From positions 1-64,000 of the forward strand of contig NW_005434587.1 in assembly GCF_000315625.1 (NCBI RefSeq): 64,000 nt of DNA. Direction: 5' to 3'. This DNA comes from Guillardia theta CCMP2712. Its lineage: Eukaryota; Protista; Cryptophyta. Within the stretch, counting starts at the first letter, position 1. Each line of letters starts with the position of its first letter. Of this stretch, positions 49,396-63,555 are shown one piece after another. The notes under the pieces were generated by a model. The model did not search any database. It was not told where the DNA came from and worked only from the letters and a program-made list of their open reading frames with translations. Position numbers and translations under genes: made by a program.

Positions 49396-52300
49396 CTAAG
49401 ATTTTGTGACGTCCTCAACCTCGATGCCAGAAATGGTTCCAGTCCCTGCTGGGAGTGAAGTGAGGGAGAGGAGGAGGCTTGCTCTTGCCCGGGGTCGCCG
49501 TTGCCATCTTCTGCGGGCGGAGAGGTCAGGGGAAGATCTAGCAGCAGCAAGTTTCACCGTGAGCGCCTCATGCATCCTCTTGTATGGCCCGCGACCTGAG
49601 GAAGAGACTGAGCAGAGAAGTTCCAAGGAGAGGGAGGGAGGAGGGCGGAGAGAGAAGGGGAGAGGGAGGAGCCGGGGGAGGAGGGAGGATAGACCTGTAT
49701 CTCGTCGCAGGGCATCTTCTAGACCGCGAGGAAGGTTTGCATTCTAGACATACTCGTCAGCCGATCGCGACGGCTCACAAGGACAGACCTGAGTGTCTCC
49801 TCCGCTGCTTCGCTCCCTCCTGTCCCCCTCTTGCGAGGAGATCCTCTCACGCCTTTCATCCCCCCGGTCTCCCCTCCCCATGTCACTTCCTCCCTCCTCC
49901 GCCTCCCTCCTCGTCCGCCATCGCCCTGCAGGAGCCTCTTCTTCATCATCTCTCTCTCTCCTGCTAGTCATTCTGTCGTCCCTTCCTCCCGCTCCTCCCT
50001 CGCTCCCTCGCTCTCCCTCGCCGTCCCTCCTATCTTCCCTTCCTCGCCCGCCAGCCCCTTTGAAGTTCACGTCCTCGTTCTGCAGCATCACGTCAGCAAG
50101 AGGAAGCCGAGAGGGCAAGGCTCCTCGCCTCATAGCCGGATCGATACGCCTCTGCCAGCGCTTTCTTGAAGTTCTCCTGCTTGCACGTGAGGATCGTGGA
50201 GGAAGGAGGTGCGGGAGGAGGAATGCAGTCAGAGAAGGAGAACAAAGTGCAGAGACGAGAGGAAAGGTGGAGAGACAGGGGCGAGGGGAACAGGGCGGAG
50301 GAAAAGTAGGAAGGAGGAGGAGGAGGAGGAGGTCCAGGAGGACGGAGGAGGCGGGAAGGGAAGCAAGAAGGAGGAGTGGGCTACTTCTCTTGTACTGTAA
50401 TGTCCATCCTCCTTCAGTCTGTGATCGAGAGGCCCTCCAGCCGCTCGCTCCTTCACGACCTTCATCACCAAGTCAATAAGAGGGCGGCACAAGGAGGAGC
50501 AGGAGAAGGAGCAGAAGAAGGTGGAGCAGGAGAAGGTGGAGGAGGGAGGGGGGGGGGGGGAAGGTATCATCACCAGATGGCCATTCTCGGCCTCTCCGAC
50601 CCTATCGCTTCCTCCTCCCCTCCTCTACCTCAAGGACTTGGTGGTGGATTTTTGTCGCCTCATCCTTCAGCTTTCCTATCTGCAAAGGGTACCATGTCAG
50701 TCGTTCCCCTTGCCCCCCGTCTCCTCCACCACCTTCTCGTCCACTTCAGGAGCTTCGTCGTTTTCCTGCGACAGGATTTACATCACAACGGGAAAAATTC
50801 ACTTTCACCTCCTCTTCTCTTCCCCCTCCAGCCTTGCGTTTCAGATCTTCAAACGCCCTCTTTGCATCTCTGACCGCGTTCTCCTGAATCACGAGGTTCA
50901 GCAACGGAACACAACTCCAAGAACAACAAGTTGAATGCAACAAGTCAACAGCACAGAGTCTTTGTCGCCAGCTTCACATGTCCCATCACAGAGTTCTCAC
51001 CTTCATCTTCACGTTGTTGATCCCGTCGTTGACCGTCGCCTCAGCCTCCCTCTCCTCTCCGATGTCACGATTGAGCTGATCCTCCGCCTGCCCCGTATTT
51101 CTCAGCTCCTCCCTCCCTCTCTCAGTCCCTCCATGTTCCCTCTCCTCTTCCCCCTCCTCCCCTCCCCTCCCCTCCTGTGACCTTCTTGGCCAATCGAGCC
51201 TTGGCAGCTGCCAGCGCCGCCAGCCTGAGGGACATCAAAGGGACATTAAAGGACGAGAGCAAAGCCTCCTCCTCACTTTTGTGCCTCCTTGGCCGCCTCT
51301 TTGGCTGCCTTCTTCGCGTACACCTTCAGGAAGAGCTTTCAGGGATGACAGTGACAGCTGGGCGAGGAGAGGAGGAGGGAGGACGAAGGGAGGACGAAGG
51401 GAGCCAGCGAGGGAGGGAGCGATGGAGGAGGGAACATAGAGCAGGAGAATCATGGTCCACACAGATTTGACGGGAAAAGGGAAAGATGTTTGGAGTGTAA
51501 ATACAGGGGGGAGGAAAGGGCTGAGGGAAGGAGCAAGCGCAATGGAGGGAAAAGAAAACTCACCTTCTGCCTGGAAGCATCCTGCTCTTTGGTGTATAAC
51601 ATCTTTGTCTTCTCTTCAAGGATCGAGATCAACCTGGTAAGAATTGAGCGATCATGTTCCCTCTCAACATCTCTCATCGTCACTTCTTCCGGATCATATG
51701 AGCTTCTCTCTCCTTCTCCTCCGCAACTTTGTCCAGTCGGAAAGCTTCCTCCGACTGCCCGAGCCCGTCAAGATGGAGAGAGGAAGGGAGCAAGGGGAAC
51801 CTTTCTCTTCGAGTCCTGCATCTTGTTTCTCGCAACCAGCTTCAGCTTGTCAGCTTCATCTTCAGCATTCTGCACGTGGAGGTTCAGCAAGGGAGCTGAC
51901 ACGAGCAGTCATGTTCTCACTCGCGCAGACTTGAAGAGCTCTGGTATCTTCGCTGCCTCTTTCGCCGCTGCTGCCTTCACTAGCACGATCTTCTGCTCCT
52001 CCTCCTGCGCCTTCTCGTTGAAGGTTCCCTGCGCTCTGCCATGATGGAACGTCGCAGGGGTCGGAGGGTCAGACTCACTGCTTCGCTCTCCAGGTTCATG
52101 ATGTCTTCCTTCGCCTTGTCGGCCTTGGCGCTGTCGTTGTCGCTGGTGGAGCTCGAAGTCTGAGGAGGAGTCAGGTGCCAGTAGCAAGCTCTCCCCCCTA
52201 CCTTCTCCTCCTCCTTGATATGTTTCAGCTCCTTCTGAGCGTCCTGCACTGCCTTGTCTGCCTTGTCGAGATCCTCCTGCCGCCTCCCCAAGATCGCCTT

Positions 52301-52618
52301 CTTCTTCAGCAGCTCCGCCTTCGTCTGATCCTCCCGCGCCGAGCTCGACAGCTTCACGGCATTCACCTTGTGCGAGAGCGCATGCATCTTTCGCTTCGCC
52401 GCGTCCACGAGCTGCCGCTCGGCCTCCTTCTGCATGTCTTGCATGGACGAATCCGACCCGACGCTGCTTGACTGTAGCTCCACTTGGAGGTTCTCAGAGC
52501 CATGGTCGTGGAGGACAAGCATCGCAACGATGATCATAGAAAGGCAGGAGAACGCGGCAACATGCGCTGCCGACCTCGAACCAACTTGTTGAAAAGCGTG
52601 AGACGAATGAGTTTGCAT
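49396..52618 (-). CDS. Long coiled-coil protein with an N-terminal TM anchor, multi-exon
   Basis: TM VAAFSCLSMIIVAMLVL, then A/E/K-rich heptad exons joined by GT-AG introns. Confidence 0.6.
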
Positions 52619-52966
52619 ATTGAGAGTGATCAGAATCACCTCTAGTTGACATGATGTTTTCTTGAGCCAGCGGGTGTGTCTGATCAGAAGGCAAAGAGAT
52701 TCGAGCGATAAGACATCTGTCTCCAAAGTCACTGACTGATCGGTCACTCCGATGACAAATTCGTCCTTGATTGATCACATGCCACGATCACCTTGTTCAT
52801 ACTCATTTGCTCTCTCACGCATATGTTTTCTCTTTCCTTTCTATTTCTGCCTTCAGTCGTGCTCTGCTCGCCAGTGTGATTTCTTCCCTTCCTTTCCCTC
52901 CTTTCCCTCTCTCCCTCCCTCCCTCCCACTTCTATCTTTCGCTCTTCTCCCTTGCTCTTCTCTCTC

Positions 52967-53050
52967 CTGTCCTCTCCTTCCTGTCCTCTCCTGTCCTCTC
53001 CTGTCCTCTCCTGTCCTCTCCTGTCCTCTCCTGTCCTCTCCTGTCCTCTC
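52967..53050 (+). repeat. 10-bp minisatellite (ctgtcctctc)n
   Basis: About seven consecutive copies. Confidence 0.9.
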
Positions 53051-53539
53051 CTCTTCTTCTCCTGCCTTCGTCCTGATCCTTGTCCTGACCGTCGTCCAGA
53101 TCATCGTCATCATCCAGATGGGCATGAGCGGGGAAGAGGTTTTCAGTGGATGAGCGGGGATGTGGTCATAGCTCTGAAAGCGGCAAATTCTTAGGTGCAT
53201 GCAGGGGGAGAGGGAGAGGAGGAGGAGGAGGAGGGGGAGGAGGAGGGGGAGGAGGAGGGGGAGGAGGGGAAGAAGGATAGAAGTAGTTGGAAGGGCAAGA
53301 AGATGTTGAGCCAGGAATAGAGACGAGAAAGGGCCTCTGAGAGGAGTCTGTGGTTTGCGCTTGTGAGTGCTGGAACGTTACGGTTATTCTTGAGTGTGCA
53401 AAGCGTGAAGAAGGCAGCGATATGGAGTGTGTTTGTCTGATGGACGATTCTTTCATTAGATTATGCATGGTTTCGTTCCAGTGTATTCCACTCGATTCCC
53501 TAACGCACATTCATCCAGAAACTGTCTTGTGTACCTGCC

Positions 53540-54503
53540 ATGGTAAAGATCAGTTCGTATTCCTACTCCTGGACGGGCTCAAATGTGGTGATGAAACGTT
53601 TCGCGTTCAAACCCAATGATCAACTAACGAGCAATGAGCAGAGCCCCGATGTGACAGCAAAAGAAGAAGCGCCTGACAAGTTGGAACCGAAGCTGGAGAA
53701 GCTTCATGGCACCATGTTGCAAGAATTTCTGATTCTTCAGGCGAAACGAGCGCAAGCAGAGACGGAGCAGGTGAAACGAGCGCTGGCCGTAGCAGAGAAG
53801 GACAGGAACAGGCTCTATCAAGAGAACAACGAGTTGCTTGTGCAGCTTGAGAGTACAAGGGAAGAGCTCGGTGATCTGCAACAGAAGTATTCAAACCTGA
53901 GAGAGTGGGCGGCGATCATGTATGCAAACCTGCTCAAAGAGGAAGTAGAGGACGCGAGACAGTCTCGTGAGTTCTCTTGCTCCTGCTCTCCCATGTCCCT
54001 GACAACCAGTCGCAGACGTCAGCGAGGACACGCTAGAGCGGACGAGGCAGTGGGTCATAAGCAGCAGTCAGGCGCAGTTGGAGGAGGAGGAGCGTGCGAG
54101 AGGACTATGGGAAGGAACTTCACGGGCATCACTTGTCGAGGAGCTGCTGTCTCTCCCTGCAGACTCGTCAGCGGCATCGCAAGGGGAGGAGGAGGAGGAG
54201 GAGGAAGAGGAAGTGAAGACGTGGGGGGTCAGGGGAGCGAGCTCTGTGTGGGATGTAGAGTGTGTACAGGACGCGGCTCATCGCGTCGCGTCCAACGACG
54301 CGGACGGGCTGGCATGCCAGGGAGATGGGAGGAAGCCATACAGGGAGGAGGTGACGAGTCACTCGCAGCAGGAGAAGTGGAAGGCAAGGAAGGAGACTGG
54401 CTCTAGCCTCACTGCCCCGACGCTGCTGCGAAGCTTGATGGAACGTCAGTTCATCCCTAAACCTCGAGGAGAAACTTCCATGGATGCGATCGGATACTTT
54501 TAG
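53540..54503 (+). CDS. Hypothetical coiled-coil protein, two exons
   Basis: Heptad-rich exon to ~53966, GT-AG intron to ~54016, second exon in the frame of ORF 54078..54503. Confidence 0.55.
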
Positions 54504-54549
54504 TGAAGCTCCTCCTCTATCTCTGCTCTCTCCTCCGTCTCCTTCTCTA

Positions 54550-55008
54550 CTTGGCCTTCCCCTTTCGCCCGACAGTCCTGCGGAATCTGATCAGAAGAAG
54601 CATGCAAGGAGAGGAGAGGAGAGGAAGAAGGTGAAGGAGGACGGGAGAGGAAGAAGGAAGAGAGGAGAAGAGTAGGGGGAGGTAGTTGTACATGTTCAAA
54701 CTGCGCAGCCACATCTCGTAGTTGGGGAAAGTCATCAGGCTGTTCTCATCATGCATGATTTGCGTGTAGCCGTAGAGAGAGTCGGACAACTTCCAGTCCT
54801 ACGGGCAAGTTAAGTTCCTTCTTCTCCTGCTACAACTTTACAGTTCCTTCTTCTCCTGCTACAACTGTACTCCCTTATCAATCCCTCTCTTGTTCCCTCT
54901 CCTGACCAACCTCACCTTCACAATCTCCAAATTCCTCTCCCTCCCTCTCCATCATTGTATCAGTGTCATCATCTGCTGCTCCTGCTCCTGCTCCTGCTCC
55001 TACTCCTA

Positions 55009-55083
<75 letters not shown>

Positions 55084-55436
55084 ATCGATTGTTCGTGTTC
55101 AAACCTTGATCCTCTCCATCTCATTCACTTCGTCGTTGTACAAGATGCGCATCTTCCATTCAGTCAGCGCTCGCAACAATACCTCCGCCTGCTCCCACCT
55201 GCCGCTCGGGATCGATATGGCCGTAAAGCAGGTACTCGTCGTCCTTCTCGAGACGAAATCGGACGCGCTAGGCAGGGGAAAACCAGGTGAATGAAAGAAA
55301 GAGAGGAGAAGGAGTTGGTGGCAGTAGGGGGAGCAGGAGCAGGAGCAGGTGGAGCAGGTGGAGCGGGAGCGGAAGGGGGAGGGGGAGAACGAGGAGGATT
55401 AAGAGCAGTAGGAGGAAGAGAAGGACAAGGACAAGG

Positions 55437-55469
<33 letters not shown>

Positions 55470-57978
55470 TGGTGGGTGGAGAAGGAGGAGGAAGAGGAGG
55501 ACGATGACGACGACGACGAGGAGGAGGAGGAGGAGGGGGACGAGGAGGAGGAGAACGAGGAGGAGGAAGAGGAGAACGAGGAGGAGGAGGAGGAGGAGGA
55601 AGACGAGGACGAGGACGAGGAGGAGAACGAGGAGGAGGAGGAGGAGGAGGAGGAGGAGGACGAGGAGGAGGACGAGGAGGACGAGGACGAGGACGAGGAG
55701 GGGAAGGAGGACGAGGAGGAGAACGAGGAGGAGGAGCAATACCCTGAAGAGTTTCTCGATGTCGTACATGGAAGTTTGCTCATTGGGGTCTCCAGCTGAG
55801 ATGTAAAGGAAGTGTTTGCTTCCACTCTGCTCCCACTGCGTCAGAAAACTTGCGATCCCACTTGTTGTGCAGCTCACTTTCCCCCTCAGACAGTCAGGAG
55901 AATAGTAAGAATCGTCCAACTCCTTCCACTCATAGTTGGTGATCTGTACAGGAAAGAATCATCGGACAAGAGAAAACGTTTCGCCGCAAAGTCTCACCCT
56001 GTCCTTCTCTCGGACAGCTTTCCTCATCGAGAGAGCAGAACGAAAATGGCTCACGTCACACACAAACTTCTCCCTCCTCCTCCTCCTCCTCCTCCTCCTC
56101 CTCCTCCTCCTCCTCCTCCTCCTCCTCCTCCTCCTCCTCCTCCTCCACCTGTCACGAAATTCTCCGAGGCCTGCGCAAGTCTCAGCAGCTACACGATGAC
56201 TGGCAATCAGCAGCACCTCGACGCTCCCTTTCAAAGATTGTTTGATGCGGAAGCAGGCGGGAGTTATCAGCCCAGCTTCGATCAGCTCCCTGCTCCATCC
56301 TTATCCTCTGCCTCGCTCCTCCCCCATCCTTACCTGTAGGACAGGAAGAAGTTTCTCCCACAGCCGTACAGATCGCAAACTTCATCCGCTTCCTCTTGTG
56401 TCTGGCGACTTGTGACGATGGTGAACATGAAGTCAAAGTCCTTGCCTTGAAGACAACCGTAGCCCATCGAGATGAGATCGGCCGCCCTGTCTCACTGTTT
56501 GCCAAGAATTACTATGACCTCATCATCATAATCATCGTCGTCGCCATCGTCATCGTGATTTTTATCATGATCACAATTTGCAATATCATGTTTTTTCAGA
56601 CCTGTCCGGGAAGAACTTCCCTTCATTTGCAGCTCCACTGTTGCAAATGAATATCACGGACTCGAGGCATTTGATCCAAGAAGTATGGGAGAGGCAGCAG
56701 AAGCAGATGTGAGAAGGAGGAGCAGGAGCAGGAGAAGGAGCAGGAGCAACTTGTCAACGCCCTCGCATATATACAGAGAAGGAGGAGCAGGAGCAGGAGG
56801 AGAAGCAGGAGGAGGAGGAGGAGGAGGAGCATCAGGAGAAGCTTTCAATCTGTTGACACCTGGCGAAGACTTGAACAGAAACGATTGTTCTGGCATCATG
56901 ACGTCACTTCAGGCATCTAATTGAATGCACGTTACCTGTTGGGAACATCCGCTGAGCGATTGGGATTCTGAGAGAGAAGGAGTGAGGAGAGCAAAAAAGT
57001 GAAGGAGGAGGAACTACAAATTTCGACAGAGCGATGTGCTTCAAGACACTTCGTCTCGCAGAGATCTGTTCGTCTAATCCGCAATTCCGAAGATGCTGAA
57101 CACAAGTGACAGTCAGAGAATGAAACAGCTGGGCAGAGAGGCTGAACGAAAAGCTGGGAAAAGGGAAACAAGACAGGAAGAAGGGAAGAAAGCAAACACC
57201 AGACGAGGAATATGGTATGAAAATGAAGAAAAGACTTGACCTGATTGACAAGATCCAAGTTTTTCTTCCATTCTTCAGCCGTCTCGTTCAAGTCTTTGTC
57301 CTTCATCACCCTCTCTCCTCTCGAATTCTCAATCTCAGCTATTGTATTGACGTCGACCTGTTTTCCTTGAGTTGGAACAAAAAGTCAAACGTAGCTCTTA
57401 CCTTGAGCATCTCCATGAAATACTCTTTGAGGTATTCTTTCAGAGTGTAGTCATCTGCAGCCTGTCATACTTGGAACAAGACGAAGTCAAGACGCACCGA
57501 GCAAGAAATTCCCTGCTTCATCTTTGCCATCAGGGAGGTTTTGCACATAAACCTGCCAACACGATCAGTGTTTCAGCATATCAACTAGTTTCTGTCCACA
57601 AGGCTGTCGGATGTTTGTCACCTTGTTTGGAATGACATGTCTCCACTGAAAAATTGATACATCTCTGCCTCCTACACTGATGACATAATCATCGTCGTAA
57701 GTGAACCTGGCGTCCATAACCTGCTCTCACGTGAGAAACAGGAAGTGATTGATACACGTTCAAGTGTGCATACATGCGATCCATGGCCGAGGTAGCTTCG
57801 AAATGCTTGTTTGAAGCCGAAAACCGGATACCTGTCAAAATTAGAACTGAAAACAAGGGCAACAAAACAATGGCAAGGAAAAGTCGTCCTCGACATCATC
57901 ATGATGATAATCATGATGATAATCATGATGATAATCATGATGATAATCATGATGATGATGATGATGATCATCATCATC

Positions 57979-58033
<55 letters not shown>

Positions 58034-58496
58034 TGATCATGATCATCATTGTGTATCTCCATGTCAAACTTCATTGCAACTCTCATCTGCAGTAATTGCA
58101 TTTACCGGAACAACTTCACACGTCCATCATCCTGAGCGCTGACCAACACCTTGATTATGTATCGTCATCTCACAGACTCGCAATCATCTTCATCTCCTCC
58201 ACCTGATGACCCCAAGTAGGGTTGTCGCCCTCGCCAGGGTAGATCGGAGTCAAGTGCTTGTCGATGGGAATGCTGAGAGAAGAGAACATGTGTCATTGTC
58301 ATGGTATGACAACCAACATCATATCAAGAACATCAACAGACTTGTGGTGGACTGTCTTATGTCTCAATTACTTCACCTCGATGCTGTCGGAACATATCCA
58401 GGCGTCCACGGCCATGGCGAAGGATTCGGTCCGCCATGGCAAGGCGCCCATGGAGGAACCTGACATGCACATATATAAGTAGCGGCGGCGGCGGCA

Positions 58497-58527
<31 letters not shown>

Positions 58528-61500
58528 TGCATATCACTCACTCTTGACTTTGAGAGGTCAACAGTGTTGATGTCTGTTGCGTTGGAGCCGCAAGCCCAGA
58601 TACTGTTGGACCAAGATGTCAAAACTTGACTTGTTCTCGATGCAGCGCACAGCGATTTACCTCTTCACCGACCATCCGAGTTTGCATGTTTGAGTTTGAA
58701 ACCTTTTGACAGAGCACTCCTGCGTCGATGTGTTCAACTTGCCGAGGGGAAGTTGCCCAAAAAGAATCTACAAGTTGATTTCAGATGTTTGTTTGATGGC
58801 TTGTCAGATGTTTGCTTCAGTAGGATTCAAAACAAGTTCTACCAACCTCATTGGACGCGCTGACCGATCTGAATATTGTGCTTTCAACATCGAAATCGAC
58901 AGCGAAAACCTTGCAGAACGACTTCAATCAGATGCAGGGAGCTTGCATGGGATCGATGATACCGCGCTTGAATGATCGTTGAAGCAGCCAACCTTTATCA
59001 AAACTATCAGTCAAAAGTGGAACTAAGGCTCGATTACCCGCTTGTATGGAACACAATCTTGCACTCGAATCTCTTCATCCGTGGCGCCTGCAGCAAACAC
59101 AATCGTCAAAGGACCCGACACAGCAAGACCTAAGACACACACAGACTCTATGGGCACGAATACACATGAAAGATAGGAAAAAGCAGAAAGGAAACAAAGA
59201 GAAACAGGTGCGAAGCATCACAAACCAAGTCCTTTCAGCTTCGACTTGTACAGCATCCCATCCCTCGCAGGAATCGAATCGTAAGGAACAATCGCATGCT
59301 CGTAGATGTCGATGCAACTAAGAGAAGGTTAGACAAAGTTGCTCAAGTACAAGACATCAGACTTGTCTCCGAGGCCAGCAGCCAAATATCTGCCATTTGG
59401 GGAATAGCGAACGCAGAAGGCCTGCATGAAATGTTGGTGAGAAGACAAGAGAAAGACGGAATGAGCAACAAGGGGGGGTTGGGGCAAGATGAGAGATCGA
59501 GAAGGAAACAAGAAGGCGAGAAGAGAAAGTTGGTGGAACAAAGAGGAGAGGAACAATGTTTGTTGTCTATCAGCAGCCATACCTGCTCGGACGATTTACG
59601 ATTGGGTTCAGCCTTGGCAACCTTAACAGGGAGGAATCAGAGGAATGAACATCTTGTGTTCGGCTCTTCACCATTCTTGGCAACGGGTTGATACAACACA
59701 GTTGAATCTTGCCGAAGGCATCTTCGGGGTTGTAGAAAGGATCATCTTCTGATGCATTCTCGTCCTGTCCAGCTGCCTCCTGAGAGTGGGGTAGAGGCAG
59801 TGGCAGGAGCAGGAGCAGGAGCAGGAGACAGGAACGAGAGTGTGAGAGGACAAAGTTCAACCATAAAGTGCATTCACCGTTGAGTTGATCTCCATCCTCC
59901 ATATCGAGATGTTTCCATTCTCGTGGCCGACCTGAAGACAGGGATGTCAGCTGATCGTCGTTGCCTTGAGTTCTCACAGTAAGAATCGGCTGCTTCTTCC
60001 CAAAGACTTCCTCCTCGACCACAGGCCCATCCTGCACCCTATCACATCCACATGTACGGTAGTGCAATCCTGCCTTCTTACTCTCGTTTGTTTTGACCAC
60101 CATGTGATACTCCGACAGGGATAGTATGCGTAGAAAGAATCGATCATCTCCTGCGAGGTTTCGACATCGATACGGTTGTCATGGCAGCGAAAGATGATCT
60201 CCAGGTCATACCTGGTCGTTGATGTCCCACAGTCGTACTGTGCAGTCCTTGCTCGCAGTGGCAAAGATTCTCTGGGAGAATGGTGATGAGGAGAGGTCCC
60301 CGACAAGGCACAAACCTGGTTCGGCATCGGGGCAACAGCATCGACATCGCACATGTGGCCATTCATCAAGACTTTCTTTCCACAAACAGCAAGCTGACGA
60401 CATTGATTTCATGTTAAAGACGAAGAGAGAAAGAAGTTTTCTTTACCTGCCACGGGCATGTGATAGCTGAAGACTCGTTTCCAGATTTCTGCGCATGAAG
60501 TGAACAACACATAAAGGAAAGGATTGCGAGAAACAGACATGTCGATATCCCGGTTGCGAGGGATCGAAAGCTTGATAGGAGTAAACAGCAACCGGAATGT
60601 GACCTGAACAGGAGACAGTTTTTGTCAAACATTATCATGTGTGGTTGTGACCGCAGCACCTTTGGCAGCGCCATTCTTCCCTTTGAAAGCTTCCACTTTC
60701 TCATGTTTCCACCTTGACATGTGCTTTGAGATTTGACCTCGATGTTCATCTTCTTCTCACCATATTTGATTGCTCAATGAACCCTTCTCAGTGTTGGCAG
60801 AGTAACCTTCGATCTTAGAAAGGCAGATCAGCTTGAAAGAACTATTTGAAAGAAGATTGAACAAAACTATTCACCTGATAGTCTCCTCCAAGGCCTTTGC
60901 TAGCCCATGAACCATTCTTAGCGACCTATTACGCAGCGTCAACTCCAATCCCACCTTACAACCATGTTCGATGTCGCATTCATATCATCATCAAACCGTT
61001 TTCTATCGCCAGTCATCATTTTCACCATCATCTCCTTCATCGCGTCCTTTCTCATCATCATCGCTATAACTTGTATTCTCATCATCTCAACCTTGACCGC
61101 TACAATCATCTCCACTCCCTCCCATCATCATCATTTCCATCATCTCATGACGAAGAGCACCTTCGCAAATCCCAGCGCCAGGATGGAATTCATGGTTGTT
61201 CCCAGGAGCAGCACGCCTTCGCATTTGAGGTCTGCAAAGCTCATATGTGTGGCAGGGGCTCCACAAACTCCTCTTTCGTCCTGTGGGAAGATCACGCACA
61301 CAGGTAATCATGATCTCAGGTGTTGAGGACCCTGTTCTCGACGAAGGCATCGTCTGTCATCTTCTTCAAGATCTCTGGCGAGGTTGTCCAGTCCATGCTC
61401 CGACCTGCGATCATGATGAGACGAGGAGGAGGTGAGGCACAGCAGCGGCACCTGCCAGCTTCTTCAAGATGTTTGGAGATCCTTTCGTATGGAATGAGTT

Positions 61501-63555
61501 TAGATCGATCACACAGATGGGTTTCCTTGTATCTTTCAACTGATGGACAAGGACGATTCAACTTGGCATGTCCACAATGGAACAATCACCTCTGGATCCC
61601 AGACTTTCAGCAGTCCACCGAGCCCACAAGTGAAGAGACCGATCCCTTCCACCCACTTCACTGAGGTTACCTGCAAGGTTTTGACATCAGGGGAGCTGAT
61701 AGCAAGCATTCCAGTTCAGGACAAACCATCGTCTTGTGCGCTTTCTCAATCTTTGCATTCACAACCCCATTCGACCAGATGTAGATATCGCCGTTCTCAA
61801 CCCCAGAGATGGTGTTTCCTCGGGGATGAAACGTCATGCACTTCTGCGACAGAGTCTCTCCCAGATCTCCGAAAAGTCCAACGGCCATCTCGACCTCAAC
61901 GTCTCCTGCACATTTCTGTCAGGAAATTAGAGCTCTGCACGAGCAATCGGGAACAACCCATCTCCCAGAACTTGAGATGCTTTTCTCCGCAAGACGCGAA
62001 GGCGCGGTCGCCGTAGGGGTTGAACAAGAGGCAGTCAACAAGGCCTCCATGGCCTTTGGCCTCTCGAACGACTTCCTCTTTCCTCCAGTCGAAGACGAAG
62101 ATGGAGTGATCGAGATCCTCTGAAAGAGCGCAGAGGAATTTTCCTGTCCCATTGAAGGACAGCGCTGACACCTGGCGTCGCTTCCTGCCAAGTGAGAGTT
62201 TTGCGAGCACTTGATTTGAGAAGTCAAAGTCTCCACGATACAACGGGATCCTCCAAACATAAATCCTCGGGTTGCGGCCCATCTGACCACTTGCAACGAT
62301 ACACCTGCTCGCTATCAGCAGGGAACTTCTTCAATCTTCAAATCGTGCATGTATCACCTGTTCGGGATGTCCCATGTCCTCCAATCGTACGGCTTCCCGT
62401 CCTCACCCTTGTTGGGGAATTCATCAGTGTGGACAGGCAGGGTCCTCATGTCGGGACTCCAAGATTTCTCAGAGGGGATGTGAATTCCCTTGTTGTAGGT
62501 GAACCAATGGCTCCACTCCATCAGGGCGTCTGGTCCCAGCGGCTTGTCCAACTCTATCCAAGACCCGTCTCCCCTTTGATGCATCCTGACAAGAAGAGCC
62601 ATGGAGGTCACGTCGTCGCTGTGATAGAAGAAGCGTTGGATGTTGTTGAACACGTCGTAAACCACCACTGTGGCTGCGGTGAAATACACAATCTCACCGC
62701 TGTACTTGCAGCGATTGTCGATGGTGTCAAAGTATTCCACAAAGTTGAGATTGTTGAGTCCTGGTCCGATGCCGAACAAGTCCCAATCCCAACTCGAAGC
62801 CCCGTGATACCCATAGACGAAATCCAGAGCAAGATGACTAGAAGGCTCTCGCTGCCACTGCGGATCGGTGTAATCATAGCCATGAAACTGAGCTGGCGCA
62901 AAGACAGAGTTAACGCAGGGACGGTACTTCTCGAGGCCAGCATTTTGAGAGTTTTCCTACCAAAGGATCAGGACATCGGGTCAGTTTCACACAGATCACT
63001 TCACCCATGATTCGATCTCGTCAATCCTGCTGTAGCCAATCTCCCCTTGCTTTGGGACAGCCTCCTTGTCATCGCCAGTATCCAACCCGAGCATGACTTT
63101 CGTCAGACCTGTTTCTGTGTGCTCCACGGGCTGAAATCGCTTCACGATCCTCTTCTCATATTGGTCACGAATCATGTCCTGCTTCTTTTTGTCTGCTGTT
63201 TGCTCCTCTAAAGACGCTTTGAAAGCCGAGACAAATCTTGAGTTCTTGACATTCTTATCCACTTTCTTGCGAAAGTCGCCGAGCAAGAACACCTAGACAG
63301 CAGGCTGTTAGTATGATCGTTCCCATTTTCACCAATATCAACACACACCGGCTTGCCCTTCACCTTCACTGAGAAGGTAGAACCCGTTAAGTAGTCATAG
63401 TCGATCGGTCTGTGCCTGACCCCAGCGCTGCTCGGCCTTGGGGCAGGAGCCGAGCCGAAAGGTCTGGAGCTAGCTGGTCGAGATATCGGACGTTGGAAAG
63501 TAGGTGTTTGTCTACGGGTTGTGTCTGCCCTTGTCACCGTTTGTGGCCTTTCCAT
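54550..63555 (-). CDS. EML (echinoderm microtubule-associated protein-like) HELP/WD40 protein, many exons; 54550-57400 may be a C-terminal extension or a separate gene
   Basis: HELP-like LALDFVYGYHG...GEIVYFTAATVVVYD...QRFFYHSDDV, and WD repeats IYVWR, IFVFDWR, SCGEKHLKFW, ISGVENGDIYIW, TASKDCTVRLWD, VRYSPNGRYLAAG, SIWA...TDINTVD. Confidence 0.8.
54975..55740. repeat. Intronic simple repeats (ctcctg)n, (gga/gac)n
   Basis: Long hexa- and trinucleotide tracts between exons. Confidence 0.85.
57895..58050. repeat. Compound microsatellite (catgatgataat)n-(gat)n-(caa)n
   Basis: Read directly from the sequence; lies within an EML-like gene intron. Confidence 0.9.

Noticed and set aside
55164-56234. 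Long poly-Glu/Leu/Ser/Arg/Pro ORFs
   Set aside because: These are translations of intronic trinucleotide repeats that are open in most frames.
62192-63010. 272-aa plus-strand ORF (similarly 8982..9641, 27109..27996, 28513..29295)
   Set aside because: Antisense shadows of well-supported minus-strand genes.
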